Origin: Leucoraja erinacea
Taxonomy: Eukaryota
Assembly: GCF_028641065.1 (NCBI RefSeq)
Contig: NC_073413.1
Coordinates: 5,518,001 to 5,582,000 of the forward strand
DNA: 64,000 nucleotides
Reading direction: 5' to 3'
Within the stretch, counting starts at the first letter, position 1, and each line of letters opens with the position of its first letter. The notes under the pieces are model-generated. The model did no database searches. It was not told the DNA's origin and saw only the letters and a program-made list of their open reading frames with translations. Of the stretch, positions 63,320 to 64,000 are shown piece after piece. Made by a program: the position numbers and the translations under genes.

Positions 63320-63945
63320 TAGAAACATAGAAACTAGGTGCAGGAGTAGGCCATTTGGTCCTTCGAGCCTGCACCGTCAATCAATATGATCATGGCTGAT
63401 CATCCAACTCGGTATCCTGTACCTGCCTTCTCTCCATACCCCCTGATCCCTTTAGCCACAAGGGCCACATCTAACTCCCTCTTAAATATAGCCAATGAAC
63501 TGGCCTCAACTACCTTCTGTGGCAGAGAATTCCAGAGATTCACCACTCTGTGTGTGAAAAAAGTTCTTGTCATCTCGGTTTTAAAGGATTTCCCCTTATC
63601 CTTAAGCTGTGACCCCTTGTCCTGGACTTCCCTAACATCTGGAACAATCTTCCTGCATCTAGCCTGTCCAACCCCTTAAGAATTTTGTAAGTTTCTATCA
63701 GGTCCCCTCTCAATCTCCTAAATTCTAGAGAGTATAAACCAAGTCTATCCAGTCTTTCTTCATAAGACAGTCCTGACATCCCAGGAATCAGTCTGGTGAA
63801 CCTGCTCTGCACTCCCTCTATGGCAATAATGTCCTTCCTCAGATTTGGAGACAAAAACTGTACGCAATACTCCAGGTGTGGTCTCACCAAGACCCTGTAC
63901 AACTGCAGTAGAACCTCCCTGCTCCTATACTCAAATCCTTTTGTT
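63320..63945 (-). mobile_element. CR1/HER1 LINE 3' fragment, inverted relative to 62565-63240
   Basis: The ORF at 63570-63902 is near-identical to the plus-strand copy. Confidence 0.9.
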
Positions 63946-64000
63946 GGAGGAACTCAGCGCGGACAGGCAGCATCTGTGGAGGGAAACGGGCAGGTGATTT

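Overview
Repeat-rich vertebrate genomic DNA, most likely from a skate or ray. The inference rests on abundant HE1-type V-SINEs and HER1/CR1 LINE 3' ends, plus Penelope, Rex1/Babar and Tc1 remnants. Four protein-coding genes are supportable. Two are tandem TRIM56-like E3 ligases, each with a single coding exon (RING-Bbox1-Bbox2-coiled coil-NHL; 4484-6457 and 15772-17703, +). One is an oncomodulin/CPV3-type parvalbumin on the minus strand that the ORF track misses (coding exons 27140-27080, 26210-26078, 23271-23162, 21426-21395; 111 aa). One is a GPRC5-family 7TM receptor (coding exons 53681-54650, 57292-57362, 59145-59264; 386 aa). The TRIM pair arose by a segmental duplication that also copied parvalbumin exon 4 as an orphan, and the two copies appear to have unrelated first exons/promoters (GC-box with a nearby IRF element versus a CpG island of tandem NRF1 sites plus YY1). 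Many short repeats carry a minimal hammerhead-ribozyme core, match the 3' end of a Penelope-like GIY-YIG element, and occur as TSD-flanked insertions. There are two assembly gaps. All calls were made by eye and repeat boundaries are approximate.
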